A stretch of 64,000 nucleotides of DNA from a virus (taxonomy: Duplodnaviria > Heunggongvirae > Uroviricota > Caudoviricetes). Of the stretch, positions 35,287 to 45,022 are shown piece after piece (the first letter of the stretch is position 1; each line of letters opens with the position of its first letter). The DNA is taken from IMG/VR virus record IMGVR_UViG_3300016467_000502, positions 12,785-76,784 of that record. The stretch is one strand, 5' to 3'. The notes below the pieces were generated by a model. That model was not told where the DNA came from. It made no database searches and saw only the letters and a program-made list of their open reading frames with translations. A program made the translations under genes and the position numbers.

Positions 35287-35773
35287 TGCAGTGATCCCTG
35301 TGTACGCCAAGCCCGGTGACGCAGGATTAGACCTGACCGCTATTTCAAAGCGCGTAGAAACAGGTATTGACTACAACGGTGAGTACATCGAGTACGGCAC
35401 TGGCCTGGCCATTGAGATCCCAGAAGGGTATGTTGGTCTGGTATTTCCCCGCTCATCGGTGAGCAAGAAGGATCTGTTCCTGGCTAACGCGGTGGGTGTA
35501 ATTGACTCTGGTTACAGAGGAGAGATTAAGCTCCGCTACAAACTTGAGCAAGACTACGATGCTTTAGTAGACTGGGAACACCCCACCCGCATCATGTCTG
35601 ATGTTATCAATTATACGCATGATGACCGTAAGTTTTATGCCAACATATATGCTGTTGGTGACAAAGTTGGACAGTTAATTGTCATGCCTTATCCCCATGT
35701 TGAACTGATAGAAGTGTCAGAACTTGCTTCTTCAGATCGTGGTGAAGGAGGCTTTGGCTCAACAGGAAAGTGA
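35255..35773 (+). CDS. dut: dUTP diphosphatase (trimeric dUTPase)
   Basis: AKPGDAGLDLTA (motif I), GLVFPRSS (motif II), GVIDSGYRGEI (motif III), and a C-terminal RGEGGFGSTG motif V. Confidence 0.85.
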   Translation: MKINIKKLHPDAVIPVYAKPGDAGLDLTAISKRVETGIDYNGEYIEYGTGLAIEIPEGYVGLVFPRSSVSKKDLFLANAVGVIDSGYRGEIKLRYKLEQDYDALVDWEHPTRIMSDVINYTHDDRKFYANIYAVGDKVGQLIVMPYPHVELIEVSELASSDRGEGGFGSTGK

Positions 35774-35912
35774 TGAGAGTTGCAACAGGATTTAACATAA
35801 CGCGCTTGGGGTTATGTCTCTACATTAAGAGACAGCCCCTAAGAGAGCGCTACCGCTACAAGATTGTACTACACCTTGTGGTACTTGAGGCGGTACTTAG
35901 ATTTAATCTGCC

Positions 35913-36281
35913 ATGGAAATGAATGAGGAAAGTGGGCAGGTGGAAGTGATCAGCCCTTATGGTAGGATTTATCTGTACACCCATGACCACGCAGCAAAGA
36001 TGACCAATGACGTTTACAGCGCCCTGGCCGCACGGTTGCGCTGGGATGACGCTGACTACCTGGCAAAGATTATCTTCTGCCATATGGTTCCCATAGAGTG
36101 CTGGCAGGACGATAAAGGTTACGGTATAGGTACACAGATGTATGCTGACATCAATCTACTGATTACAGTGGATACCGTCAAGCAACAGATCACCATTACC
36201 TCTGCCAAAGACAAGACTTTTTGGTACCGTTCCAGCTTCCAGGATTTTGTGGAAGGGTACACTAAAAGCGCAGAACTTTAA
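35913..36281 (+). CDS. hypothetical protein
   Basis: 122 aa ORF. Confidence 0.5.
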   Translation: MEMNEESGQVEVISPYGRIYLYTHDHAAKMTNDVYSALAARLRWDDADYLAKIIFCHMVPIECWQDDKGYGIGTQMYADINLLITVDTVKQQITITSAKDKTFWYRSSFQDFVEGYTKSAEL

Positions 36282-36308
36282 ACTTTGGAAGTTTAAACTT
36301 TTTATCTA
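36282..36308 (+). terminator. rho-independent terminator
   Basis: taaactttggaagtttaaactttttat. Confidence 0.5.
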
Positions 36309-36397
36309 GCTTTGTGTAAAACTGTGAGTAATTTATACTCACACGCTGAAACGCAAGCTGGTAAACGGTTTTGAAGGGTCCAAGTTTTTACAAGCAT

Positions 36398-36428
36398 AGC
36401 CGCCTCCAAAAAAGAGGTGGCTTTTTTA
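36398..36428 (+). terminator. rho-independent terminator
   Basis: gccgcctccaaaaaagaggtggcttttttat. Confidence 0.55.
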
Positions 36429-36542
36429 TGTGCATAATTAATTGTAGCAATATAGTGGAAAAGATGTAGAGGTGTTTATATATTTGTAGACCGACCTCTT
36501 CAGTTTTAGTATACTTTAGTGACTAAGTTTTAGACTTGCACT

Positions 36543-36827
36543 ATGTTATACCAGCTACCCAACGGAAAGTGTGTGGAGTTGACCATGGAGCAGTTCTTAC
36601 GGATGACAGATGAAGAACTAAAAGGCATGGTAGCTTTCAATGCAGGGGATGAGGTCAACGACCCGTTTGCCCTGAGTGTCTTGCGCTACGGTCCTCACAG
36701 ACTGGCAGAAGACATAGATGATATTGATGACTACGAAGAAGTGCCCATTTCAGATCTTACTGATGTTGAACTAGAAGAAAAGCTTTATGATCGTGACTTT
36801 ATAGACTTTGACAACCTAGAAACCTAA
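36543..36827 (+). CDS. hypothetical acidic protein
   Basis: 94 aa; D/E-rich C-terminus. Confidence 0.5.
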   Translation: MLYQLPNGKCVELTMEQFLRMTDEELKGMVAFNAGDEVNDPFALSVLRYGPHRLAEDIDDIDDYEEVPISDLTDVELEEKLYDRDFIDFDNLET

Positions 36828-36887
36828 TGTGTTTTCACATTCAGGTTTAAACCGCAGCATTATGCTGCCCTGAATAACTACGTTTAT

Positions 36888-37301
36888 ATGCAAGCTAAGC
36901 CTAAAACATGTGCCGGATGCGGTGAGACAAAGCACATCTGGAAAAATCATGAAGGAAAAAAGTACTGCAAAGACTGCTGGTACAGAAACGAAGTCCCAAA
37001 GACTCCATCACAACGCAGGCCCATGAAGCCTGTTTCTGACAAGAAAGACGTACTTGACGTCCTCTATTCAAAACTGCGCAAGGAATTCCTGGAAAAACCA
37101 GAGAACGCCACCTGTCGCGCCAAGCTGCCTGTATGCCAAGGTGGATTTAAACAAGAACTTACCGTACATCACACCAAAGGTCGTGGCAGGTATTACCTGG
37201 ATACCGCTACCTGGGTGCCGTTATGTATGTCATGCCACCGCTGGGTTGAGGAACACCATGCGGAAGCCAAAGAAATGTTCCTCTCACAACACAGAAAATA
37301 A
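36888..37301 (+). CDS. HNH endonuclease with N-terminal zinc ribbon
   Basis: CAGCGETKHIW...CKDCW, then LTVHHTKGRGRYYLDTATWVPLCMSCHRWVEEHH (HH...N...C..CH..H). Confidence 0.6.
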   Translation: MQAKPKTCAGCGETKHIWKNHEGKKYCKDCWYRNEVPKTPSQRRPMKPVSDKKDVLDVLYSKLRKEFLEKPENATCRAKLPVCQGGFKQELTVHHTKGRGRYYLDTATWVPLCMSCHRWVEEHHAEAKEMFLSQHRK

Positions 37302-37303
37302 CT

Positions 37304-37537
37304 ATGAAAAAGTTTATTGGTTACTACATTATCGGTGCGCAGAACGCTGAAGATGCGCGAAATGAAAAAGGCTTACTGCTATGGAGCTCTGTAAAGCCCA
37401 GCTGGTTTAAACGCACGCTCAATCGTGTGTTGCTCAACATCTACTGGGTAGACAAAGAGCGCTACAGTACCGGTAGTGAAAAGAAAAACCCTGACGTTCA
37501 GCTAAGCAAAGTACGCTGGACTAAACAACCAAAGTAA
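37304..37537 (+). CDS. hypothetical protein
   Basis: 77 aa ORF. Confidence 0.45.
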   Translation: MKKFIGYYIIGAQNAEDARNEKGLLLWSSVKPSWFKRTLNRVLLNIYWVDKERYSTGSEKKNPDVQLSKVRWTKQPK

Positions 37538-37538
37538 T

Positions 37539-38669
37539 ATGACAGAAACTGGATTATCTAAAAGAGAAATAATCCAGCAGGAAGCAATGAAGGCCACAGA
37601 AGGTAAATACCGCTGTGGTCTTGCCATCTCAATGGGTGTGGGTAAAACCTACATCGGGTTGCAGCACATGCAGCGTGAGTATACCTATGCCCAGCAAATG
37701 GGCAACATTCCCAGGTTTTTGGTTGTGGCACCCAAGGTGTCTATTTTCCAAAGCTGGAAGGATGATGCTGAGAAATTTGGCCTTACGCACCTGTTGGAGT
37801 TTATAACTTTCACAACGTATTTATCGCTGTCCAAACAGCCTAATGACTATTCCTGTATATACCTGGACGAATGTCACAGTTTGCTATACAGCCACGAGTT
37901 CTACCTGGGTACATATCCTGGACAAATCGTGGGACTTACAGGCACGCCTCCCCGCTATAAGAACTCTGAGAAGGGTGAAATGGTGGCACGCTTCTGCCCT
38001 ATCGTGTACTCCTACATCACAGACGATGCAGTGGAGGACAAGATTCTCAATGACTATAAGGTAATTGTGCACCAGCTTGAGCTGAACACGCAGAAGAACT
38101 ACGCTGTCAAGCTTAAAAACGGCGGGCAGTTCATGACCTCCGAGCGTGAGCACTACATGTACTGGACCAACAGGATAAATGACACTACCAACTTTGCGCA
38201 GCAGAAGATTTTCCGCATCATGCGTATGAAAGCCATGATGGAGTATAAGACCAAGGAGAACTATGCCAAGGCAATGCTGGACATGATCCATGACAAGTGC
38301 ATTGTGTTTTGCAATACCACCGAGCAGGCTGACCGTATCTGTAAAGACAGTTACCACAGTAAGAACCCTGACAGTGAAGACAACCTGCTCGCGTTTAAGA
38401 ACGATGACATCGATCAGCTTAGCTGTGTACTGCAACTCAACGAGGGGGTAAACATCCCCAACCTGAAGGCAGGGATTATCCTGCACGCATACAGCAACGA
38501 GCGCAAGAGCGCACAGCGCATTGGACGTTTGCTTCGTTTAAATCCTGATGACAAAGCGGTGATACATATCCTTATGTACCGCGACACGCAGGATGAACAG
38601 TGGGTACAAGAAGCACTTAAGGATCTTGACCCTGAGAAGATAAGTTACACGTATTCAATGATTGACTGA
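37539..38669 (+). CDS. SF2 DNA/RNA helicase (DExH-box)
   Basis: Walker A GVGKTY, motif II YLDECHSL, motif VI QRIGRLLR. Confidence 0.7.
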   Translation: MTETGLSKREIIQQEAMKATEGKYRCGLAISMGVGKTYIGLQHMQREYTYAQQMGNIPRFLVVAPKVSIFQSWKDDAEKFGLTHLLEFITFTTYLSLSKQPNDYSCIYLDECHSLLYSHEFYLGTYPGQIVGLTGTPPRYKNSEKGEMVARFCPIVYSYITDDAVEDKILNDYKVIVHQLELNTQKNYAVKLKNGGQFMTSEREHYMYWTNRINDTTNFAQQKIFRIMRMKAMMEYKTKENYAKAMLDMIHDKCIVFCNTTEQADRICKDSYHSKNPDSEDNLLAFKNDDIDQLSCVLQLNEGVNIPNLKAGIILHAYSNERKSAQRIGRLLRLNPDDKAVIHILMYRDTQDEQWVQEALKDLDPEKISYTYSMID

Positions 38670-39061
38670 TGAGTAACGCAACTGTACACTACGTCAAAAA
38701 AAATGGACAGCTGGTGCTTGCTTCTGATAGAGATGCGGGTGCCTTAAAGCTGTTCAACATGGCCATCAAAGATGGAGACGTCATTGAAGTCTACTTGACA
38801 AAAACAGATGGTCAGCAAAAGACCGTTGGGCAATTAGCCAAGGTTCACAAGATGATCCGCGACCTGGCCAATTTTACAGGTGACAACTTTGAAGACATGA
38901 AAGACGAGGTCAAGCGACGTGCCGGACTCTATGTTATTACAGGTCCAGAAGAAAAAAACACAGAACTCAAAAGCTTTGCAGATTGTTCAAAGGATGAACT
39001 GTCTGCTGCTATTGAAATCTGTGTTCAGTTAGGCCACCTGGTAGGATACTATATGGACTAG
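38669..39061 (+). CDS. hypothetical protein
   Basis: 130 aa ORF. Confidence 0.5.
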   Translation: MSNATVHYVKKNGQLVLASDRDAGALKLFNMAIKDGDVIEVYLTKTDGQQKTVGQLAKVHKMIRDLANFTGDNFEDMKDEVKRRAGLYVITGPEEKNTELKSFADCSKDELSAAIEICVQLGHLVGYYMD

Positions 39062-39369
39062 AGTTCAGAGTCAAGCAGTTCACGCATTTCTTCTGCAGTA
39101 ACCTTCTTGACAAATCCTTGCTCTTTAGCCATGTTTTCAAACTCCTTGCATAGAATAAGCATGGTTTCATAGTGCTTGACCCACTCATCTGTATACGTTT
39201 GTTTACGGATTTGTTCATGCGCCTCGTTGATTTGCTCAGGAGTCTTGCCTTTTACAAAAGAGGCAGTAGCTTCCTGAATACGGCGGTAGTATCCCGCGCT
39301 CATCTTGACACTTACCAAAGCTTCTTTGGTGATGATGTCAAAAAGCTGTTCTGATTTTGGAGTTTCCAT
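39058..39369 (-). CDS. hypothetical protein (lone minus-strand gene in a plus-strand block)
   Basis: 103 aa ORF, convergent with the upstream gene. Confidence 0.5.
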   Translation of the reverse strand: METPKSEQLFDIITKEALVSVKMSAGYYRRIQEATASFVKGKTPEQINEAHEQIRKQTYTDEWVKHYETMLILCKEFENMAKEQGFVKKVTAEEMRELLDSEL

Positions 39370-39390
39370 TCTGTTAATGTGTGGATATTG

Positions 39391-39430
39391 TTCTACAAAT
39401 GTAATCGTATTTATTAAGTCTCTACAAATT
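39391..39430. promoter_or_regulatory. promoter region with 2x TCTACAAAT direct repeats
   Basis: ttctacaaatgtaatcgtatttattaagtctctacaaatt, directly before the ATG at 39431. Confidence 0.45.
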
Positions 39431-40147
39431 ATGAATCAAAAAGTTACAGTCAATCATGATGAGGTTATAACAAAACTCTCAAGCATGCTCAAGGATTCCG
39501 GTTGGCACAACGTGCTCAAAGGTTTTCTTGTCTCTGAAGATTTCAAGAAGATTCTTGTTACTCTCAATGACATGGTCAATAGTGATCAACGGTTTACGCC
39601 ACCGCTAAAACAGGTGTTTCGCGCTTTTCAAGAGTGTCCTTTTGATCAGCTGCGTGTGGTAGTAGTGGGCCAAGATCCTTACCCACAATTAGGAGTTGCT
39701 GATGGAATAGCTTTTTCCTGTGGCAACACTAAAAAACCAGAAGCGTCCTTGCGCTACATTTTAAAAGCGGTAAACGGCACAGTGTATGACGATAAGCAAG
39801 ACTTAAAGAATGTAGACCCAGACCTTACCCGCTGGGCAAATCAGGGTGTACTTATGCTTAACACAGCATTGACTACAGAAGTTGGCAAAATAGGAAAACA
39901 TTTTGACATTTGGCAACCTTTCATATCATACTTAATTGATATGCTTAGTAAAAGAGATACACCCTTGGTATGGGTTTTTATGGGCAAGCAGGCTCAAAAC
40001 CTGGCTGATCTTGTTGATGATCACCACACGGTTTTAACTTGTTCACATCCTGCTTCTGCTGCTTACCAAAAGCAACAGTTATGGGATTGTAACGATGTGT
40101 TCAACAAAGTGAATGAAGCGCTGATTACAGACGCCATAGTCTGGTAA
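39431..40147 (+). CDS. ung: uracil-DNA glycosylase, family 1 (UNG) homologue
   Basis: VVVVGQDPYPQLGVADGIAFSC (compare GQDPYH...GLCFSV), RWANQGVLMLNTALT, LVWVFMGKQAQ, HTVLTCSHPASA (compare HPSPLS). Confidence 0.7.
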   Translation: MNQKVTVNHDEVITKLSSMLKDSGWHNVLKGFLVSEDFKKILVTLNDMVNSDQRFTPPLKQVFRAFQECPFDQLRVVVVGQDPYPQLGVADGIAFSCGNTKKPEASLRYILKAVNGTVYDDKQDLKNVDPDLTRWANQGVLMLNTALTTEVGKIGKHFDIWQPFISYLIDMLSKRDTPLVWVFMGKQAQNLADLVDDHHTVLTCSHPASAAYQKQQLWDCNDVFNKVNEALITDAIVW

Positions 40148-40236
40148 AAAGTTATGAACACCGCCCAACTTTATGTAGAGGTAAATTGCTTTAGCTCTAC
40201 AGTTTTACTATCTTAGCAATCTCTTTCCGCACCTTT

Positions 40237-41256
40237 ATGTACGCTCCTTCAACTTCTGCACCTGGTCCGCCAAGTGCAAGCAAACCCGTCTCTTCTAAAT
40301 TGCCCTGGAAGAAGTACACGGACATTATGCAACAGGGTATTGACTACATTTCCTCCCGCGCAAAGGGAGAGATCAAATCCTTAAGAACACAGTGGGAAGC
40401 GTTCAATAAGATTGGACTCAACGGTATTGAGTGGAACTCCCTCTATGTCCTTGCTGCCAGACCAGGTGTGGGTAAGACGCTCATTGCTTCTTCCCTGACC
40501 CGCGAATTGCAACGGATTAATACAGACCAGGACTTTGCCGTCCTGCACTTCCAGTTTGAGATGCTGGGCCGCAACATTGCCCTTCGCGAACTCTCTGCTG
40601 CCAACAGGCTGAACATCCGCTACCTGCAAAGTTCAGGGGATGATGGCATGCCACCACTCAGCGCAGAAGACATGAAGAAGCTGCACAACTATGTAGCTAC
40701 CCAGGGGCATCGCCAGGATTATATCATTGATACCGCCCTTACGGTGAACGAGATGCGCAAAGCCCTGGTGGATTTCTACAAGGAAGTAAAGAAACCTTTT
40801 GTGGTCACCCTTGACCATACCCTGCTGGTTAAGCAAAGCGGCACAGAAACCAACAGGCAGATGACTCTGCAAAACCTGGCAACCATGCTCACAGAAATGA
40901 AGAACGCCCTGCCGGTAACGTTTCTGATTCTGACACAGCTTAACCGGGAAATTGATGATCCTGAGCGTCAGAAACCTGGCTCTCTGAGTAACTATCCTAC
41001 AGAAGCTGACGTGTACGGATCTGACTATTTATTGCAATGCGCAGATGTAATGGTGGCATGGAATCGTCCAGCCAAGTACAACCTGAGTGTATACGGTCCA
41101 CTAAAGTACATCATCACTCCTGATGACAAGTACTTGTTGGCAATGCACGTTCTCAAAAACCGGTTTGGCGACACCGGAATTCAGTGGTACCGCGCAGAGT
41201 ATGCACTGATGACAGTCGTGGAGACCGCCACTCCACATCAACAACCTAGAAAATAA
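40237..41256 (+). CDS. DnaB-like replicative helicase (RecA-fold C-terminal domain)
   Basis: Walker A LAARPGVGKT, Walker B-like VVTLDH and arginine-finger region, as in DnaB/gp41-type helicases. Confidence 0.6.
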   Translation: MYAPSTSAPGPPSASKPVSSKLPWKKYTDIMQQGIDYISSRAKGEIKSLRTQWEAFNKIGLNGIEWNSLYVLAARPGVGKTLIASSLTRELQRINTDQDFAVLHFQFEMLGRNIALRELSAANRLNIRYLQSSGDDGMPPLSAEDMKKLHNYVATQGHRQDYIIDTALTVNEMRKALVDFYKEVKKPFVVTLDHTLLVKQSGTETNRQMTLQNLATMLTEMKNALPVTFLILTQLNREIDDPERQKPGSLSNYPTEADVYGSDYLLQCADVMVAWNRPAKYNLSVYGPLKYIITPDDKYLLAMHVLKNRFGDTGIQWYRAEYALMTVVETATPHQQPRK

Positions 41257-41267
41257 ATCCAAGAAGT

Positions 41268-41918
41268 ATGAGTTATTCAAGCACTGATGCTAAGAAACAC
41301 ATCACAGAAATCACAGCGGACTGGCGTCCGTTTTGGCAACCTGTCTTTGACACACTGCCTAACTCCAATCCTTTCTTTTCAGCAAAGCTGTGTTACATGG
41401 GCAAGGAGTTTAGCGGCGGATCTTCTCGTGAAGAATGCGTAAGATTCTTTCCCAACGAGCTGAACAATGAAGACGGTGTGTACTGTGAGATGTTTAACTG
41501 GGAGCAAGGTTATTACCACGAAGGATTTCGTGTGTTGTATCACCTGCCCCACAATCCACACTGGAGAACAAGCTCTGACTACAAAGAGGTGACCACCAGC
41601 AGTTCGGGAGCTAAGTTGACAACACCTACCTATGTGGTGAAGTTATCGTCCCTTATTGCGGTAAACAAAACACCAGTAAAGGCCCTCGTGCCTGACATGA
41701 CAATCAAAGACGCAGGTATTCCTGATCTGTTTTCAGCCAAGATCGAAGACCTGCTTGACGAAGAAAAGTTTACTGAAGCCTACAGTGAGCTTGAGGATGA
41801 TCACTATACCAAGATGACCATCCGCGACCTGTACTGCATGCTGCAAAACGTTCCTTTGTCAAACAAAAAGTGGCTGAATCAACTAATTCAAAAAGGTAAA
41901 CAATGCCAGACAAAGTAG
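41268..41918 (+). CDS. hypothetical protein
   Basis: 216 aa ORF. Confidence 0.5.
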   Translation: MSYSSTDAKKHITEITADWRPFWQPVFDTLPNSNPFFSAKLCYMGKEFSGGSSREECVRFFPNELNNEDGVYCEMFNWEQGYYHEGFRVLYHLPHNPHWRTSSDYKEVTTSSSGAKLTTPTYVVKLSSLIAVNKTPVKALVPDMTIKDAGIPDLFSAKIEDLLDEEKFTEAYSELEDDHYTKMTIRDLYCMLQNVPLSNKKWLNQLIQKGKQCQTK

Positions 41919-42694
41919 AAAAAAAGGCGGTTGGAGCTGATATTCCACAGCCAGAGTTTGTGTTGCCCACAGGCAAGATTAAAGCAGTGTCACAGAATCC
42001 AAAAAACATGATCATCTTCAGCAAGCCTAAGGTTGGTAAAACAACATTGCTTGCAAGTCTTGACAACTGTTTGATTCTTGACCTTGAAAACGGTTCAGAT
42101 TACGTTGATGCTGTTAAGCTGAAAGCACACAGCATTGCGGACATCGTAAAGATCGGGACCCTGATTCTGGCCAACAACAAGCCTTACAAGTACATTGCTG
42201 TTGATACCATCACGGCTTTGGAAGAAATGTGCATTCCTTATGCAGAGGAGTTGTACTCCAAGACATCCATGGGTAAGAACTGGTTCACTGACGGCAAAGT
42301 CAAGTATGGTGCTATCACCAATCTGCCTAACGGTGCCGGTTATCCATACCTGCGCCAGGCGTTTGAGAAAATCATTGCGTACATCAAGACTCTTGCACCC
42401 CATGTAATTCTCTTGGGTCACGTGAAAGACACCCTTCTGGAAAAGAACGGTGCCGAGTTCAATGCACTAGACCTGCAGCTGACCGGTCGTATCAAGAGTA
42501 TCACCGCTGCATACTCAGACGCTATTGGTTACCTGCACAGAAAAGGTGACAAGAACATCTTAAGTTTCAAAACTACTGACGAAGTAAACTGCGGTGCGCG
42601 TCCAGAGCACCTGCGTAACAAGGAGATTGAAATCTCTACAATTGACAAAGAAGGCAATGTAAATGCTGACTGGAGCAAAGTATTCATAGATTAA
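41903..42694 (+). CDS. Sak4-like (AAA_24) RecA-fold recombination ATPase
   Basis: MIIFSKPKVGKTTLLASL Walker A at the extreme N-terminus, typical of AAA_24/Sak4 proteins. Confidence 0.6.
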   Translation: MPDKVEKKAVGADIPQPEFVLPTGKIKAVSQNPKNMIIFSKPKVGKTTLLASLDNCLILDLENGSDYVDAVKLKAHSIADIVKIGTLILANNKPYKYIAVDTITALEEMCIPYAEELYSKTSMGKNWFTDGKVKYGAITNLPNGAGYPYLRQAFEKIIAYIKTLAPHVILLGHVKDTLLEKNGAEFNALDLQLTGRIKSITAAYSDAIGYLHRKGDKNILSFKTTDEVNCGARPEHLRNKEIEISTIDKEGNVNADWSKVFID

Positions 42695-42711
42695 TTTTTA
42701 ATTCAAAAAAC

Positions 42712-43449
42712 ATGTTTAAAGCATCAAACTTTAACCCCAATGCGGGTTCTAACGTACCAAAAATCTTAACACCTGGTACTCACTTTTGTCGCATCATTGA
42801 AATGAAGTTGGACACCCCACCTTATGATGCATCTGCTTACAGTATCAACCTGCTTTTGGAAGGTACTGACAGAGGTGATGATTTCCAAGGTGTAGCCATT
42901 GACAAAAATCGTCCTGACCTAGGCACATATCGTGGTCAGATTGCAAACGTGCGTTCTGGACGTTATCCTTTTTCAACGTATACCTACCAGGGCAAAGAGA
43001 TTCAACGCGATGAGCAAATCTTCCGTTGGGTAAACAATCTTGCCAAGCAAATGGGCGTGTTGGATAAGATGAACTCTGACGGTGTAGAAGCAGAAACAAT
43101 CGAGGACTATGTGGCAGCTGTTGCAAAGTATCTGACTGACCCTGAATTGTGGGGTTACTTTACCATTGGTGGTCAGGAATACTTTACTGACGGGTATGAC
43201 AAGCCTAACTATCGCATGTTCTTCCCTAAGCAAGAAGGCAAGTTGTTCCCTTATTCTGCACTAGAGAACGACGACCGTCAACCTTTGAACCTGTTACCAT
43301 TTGACCGCGAAAAGCACATCATTGCAGACAAGAACCGTCCGCAAGAAAGTGCTGTAGAAAGCGTAAGTGGCTTTGGTGGCCAGGCTGATCCACTTGGTGG
43401 ATTAGGTACTGCTCCATCAGCAGGTCTTGGTGACTTACAGTTGCCCTAA
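42712..43449 (+). CDS. hypothetical protein (candidate ssDNA-binding protein; flexible G/D-rich C-terminal tail)
   Basis: Position between Sak4 and primase; tail GFGGQADPLGGLGTAPSAGLGDLQLP. No OB-fold motif verified. Confidence 0.35.
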   Translation: MFKASNFNPNAGSNVPKILTPGTHFCRIIEMKLDTPPYDASAYSINLLLEGTDRGDDFQGVAIDKNRPDLGTYRGQIANVRSGRYPFSTYTYQGKEIQRDEQIFRWVNNLAKQMGVLDKMNSDGVEAETIEDYVAAVAKYLTDPELWGYFTIGGQEYFTDGYDKPNYRMFFPKQEGKLFPYSALENDDRQPLNLLPFDREKHIIADKNRPQESAVESVSGFGGQADPLGGLGTAPSAGLGDLQLP

Positions 43450-43469
43450 TCAACTTCAGAATAACCTAA

Positions 43470-43498
43470 GGGGAGGGTGAAAGCTCTCCCCTTTTTAT
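43470..43498 (+). terminator. rho-independent terminator
   Basis: ggggagggtgaaagctctcccctttttatt. Confidence 0.55.
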
Positions 43499-43508
43499 TC
43501 TTAATCCT

Positions 43509-44528
43509 ATGTTTTCAAGTAAAAGCTTTATAGACGACGTGCATGCCGTGCCTGCTCATTGGATATTTGAGACCTACCTGGGTCTTGAGCCTCTCAATGG
43601 TCAGCGCATACGTATTCGCAGCATGTTCAACCCCGCTGACAAAACTCCGTCGATGTTTATTTACTATAACAGAGACGCGGAAGCCTATCGTTACAAGTGT
43701 TTTTCCACTGGTAAAGGCGGCAGTGCAATTGACCTAATGATGCACATGTGGAACATGACCTTTGCACAAGCTGCAGAGCGCATCATGATCGACTACAGTA
43801 ATTACCTGAAGACAGGTCGTCGCTGCGACACTAAGATTATTGAGCACGCCAACTGGAAGGTTGCCGACTTTACTGTGAGAGGATGGACTACTCTAGATGC
43901 ACAGTTCTGGAGTCCGTATAATATCTCCAGTGTTATGCTGGAACGCTACAACGTCCGCCCACTGGAGCGCTATGTGATGAGCAAAACCATGGAAGACGGT
44001 ATCCAGGTGCAGGAGTTTGTGGTTACAGGTCCCAACATCTACGGGTACTTTACCGCAGATGGTGTACTGTATAAAATCTATCAACCCAAGAACCGCGAAC
44101 GTAAGTTCATCAAAATCTGTGATTACCTGCAAGGTCAGGACCAATTACAGAACAACAAGTTCCTGGTGATTGCCTCCGGTCTCAAAGACTGTATGGCATT
44201 ACAAAGTTTACCGCTGCTCAAAATTGACGTCATTGCTCCTGACTCTGAGAACGCTATGATTGCAGAAGAAAAGATCCTAGAGTTTAAGGATCGTTACCAT
44301 GCAATAGTAACCATGATGGATTCAGATCAAGCTGGTATTACCAGCATGCACAAGTATCGTGACCTGCACGGGTTACCGTTTGTGTATCTGCCCAAGGAAA
44401 AGGACGTAAGTGACATTATTAAAGTGCACGGGGTACAGAACGCCCTGCACTACGTCATTCCCATTCTGGACCGCGCAGTTAACAGCTATGATGCCATGCA
44501 AAATATTTTTGTAGAGCACCGCGCGTAA
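43509..44528 (+). CDS. DnaG-like DNA primase (zinc-binding-like N-terminal domain with cysteines replaced, plus TOPRIM)
   Basis: NPADKTPSMFIY...YKCFSTGKGGSAIDLMM parallels the DnaG zinc-binding motif CPFH.EKTPSF...HCFGCG.GG. TOPRIM-like ASGLKDCMAL and MMDSDQAG (DxD). Confidence 0.55.
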   Translation: MFSSKSFIDDVHAVPAHWIFETYLGLEPLNGQRIRIRSMFNPADKTPSMFIYYNRDAEAYRYKCFSTGKGGSAIDLMMHMWNMTFAQAAERIMIDYSNYLKTGRRCDTKIIEHANWKVADFTVRGWTTLDAQFWSPYNISSVMLERYNVRPLERYVMSKTMEDGIQVQEFVVTGPNIYGYFTADGVLYKIYQPKNRERKFIKICDYLQGQDQLQNNKFLVIASGLKDCMALQSLPLLKIDVIAPDSENAMIAEEKILEFKDRYHAIVTMMDSDQAGITSMHKYRDLHGLPFVYLPKEKDVSDIIKVHGVQNALHYVIPILDRAVNSYDAMQNIFVEHRA

Positions 44529-44565
44529 TGTAGAGGTTGATTATATTTGTACACGCTAACCTCCT

Positions 44566-45018
44566 ATGAACAACTGGATCTACTTACCCTCTGGTGAAGA
44601 AATCACCAAGGTAAACCAACTGCCTAATCATGAAGCCACTGTTGGCTTTGTATACAAAATCACTAACCTGAAAACAGGTAAGTTCTACATCGGGCAAAAA
44701 AGCCTGTATCACTCACGCAAGAAAAAGATTAGTGCCACTGAAAAGCGTCTCACCGGAACCCGCAAGAAGTTCCGTACAGAGATTAAAGAATCAGACTGGC
44801 TGTTGTACCACGGGTCTTCCAAAGATCTGACAAACGACATCAGTAAGCTAGGTAACAGATACTTTAAGCGTGAAATTCTGGAGCTATGTTGCTCCAAAAA
44901 ATACCTGTCATACTGCGAGCTGGCATGGCAGGTCAAGCTAGACGTCTTGAAAACTGACAGCTACAACGGTAATATCCTGGGCCGTTACTTCCACCGGGAT
45001 ATGGAAAACTGTAATTAA
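44566..45018 (+). CDS. GIY-YIG homing endonuclease (freestanding)
   Basis: GFVYKITNLKTGKFYIGQKS: GIY...YIG motif. Confidence 0.65.
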   Translation: MNNWIYLPSGEEITKVNQLPNHEATVGFVYKITNLKTGKFYIGQKSLYHSRKKKISATEKRLTGTRKKFRTEIKESDWLLYHGSSKDLTNDISKLGNRYFKREILELCCSKKYLSYCELAWQVKLDVLKTDSYNGNILGRYFHRDMENCN

Positions 45019-45022
45019 CACT

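Noticed and set aside
37884-38486. 200-aa minus-strand ORF inside the SF2 helicase gene
   Set aside because: Antisense to a gene with clear helicase motifs. V/L/H-rich composition.
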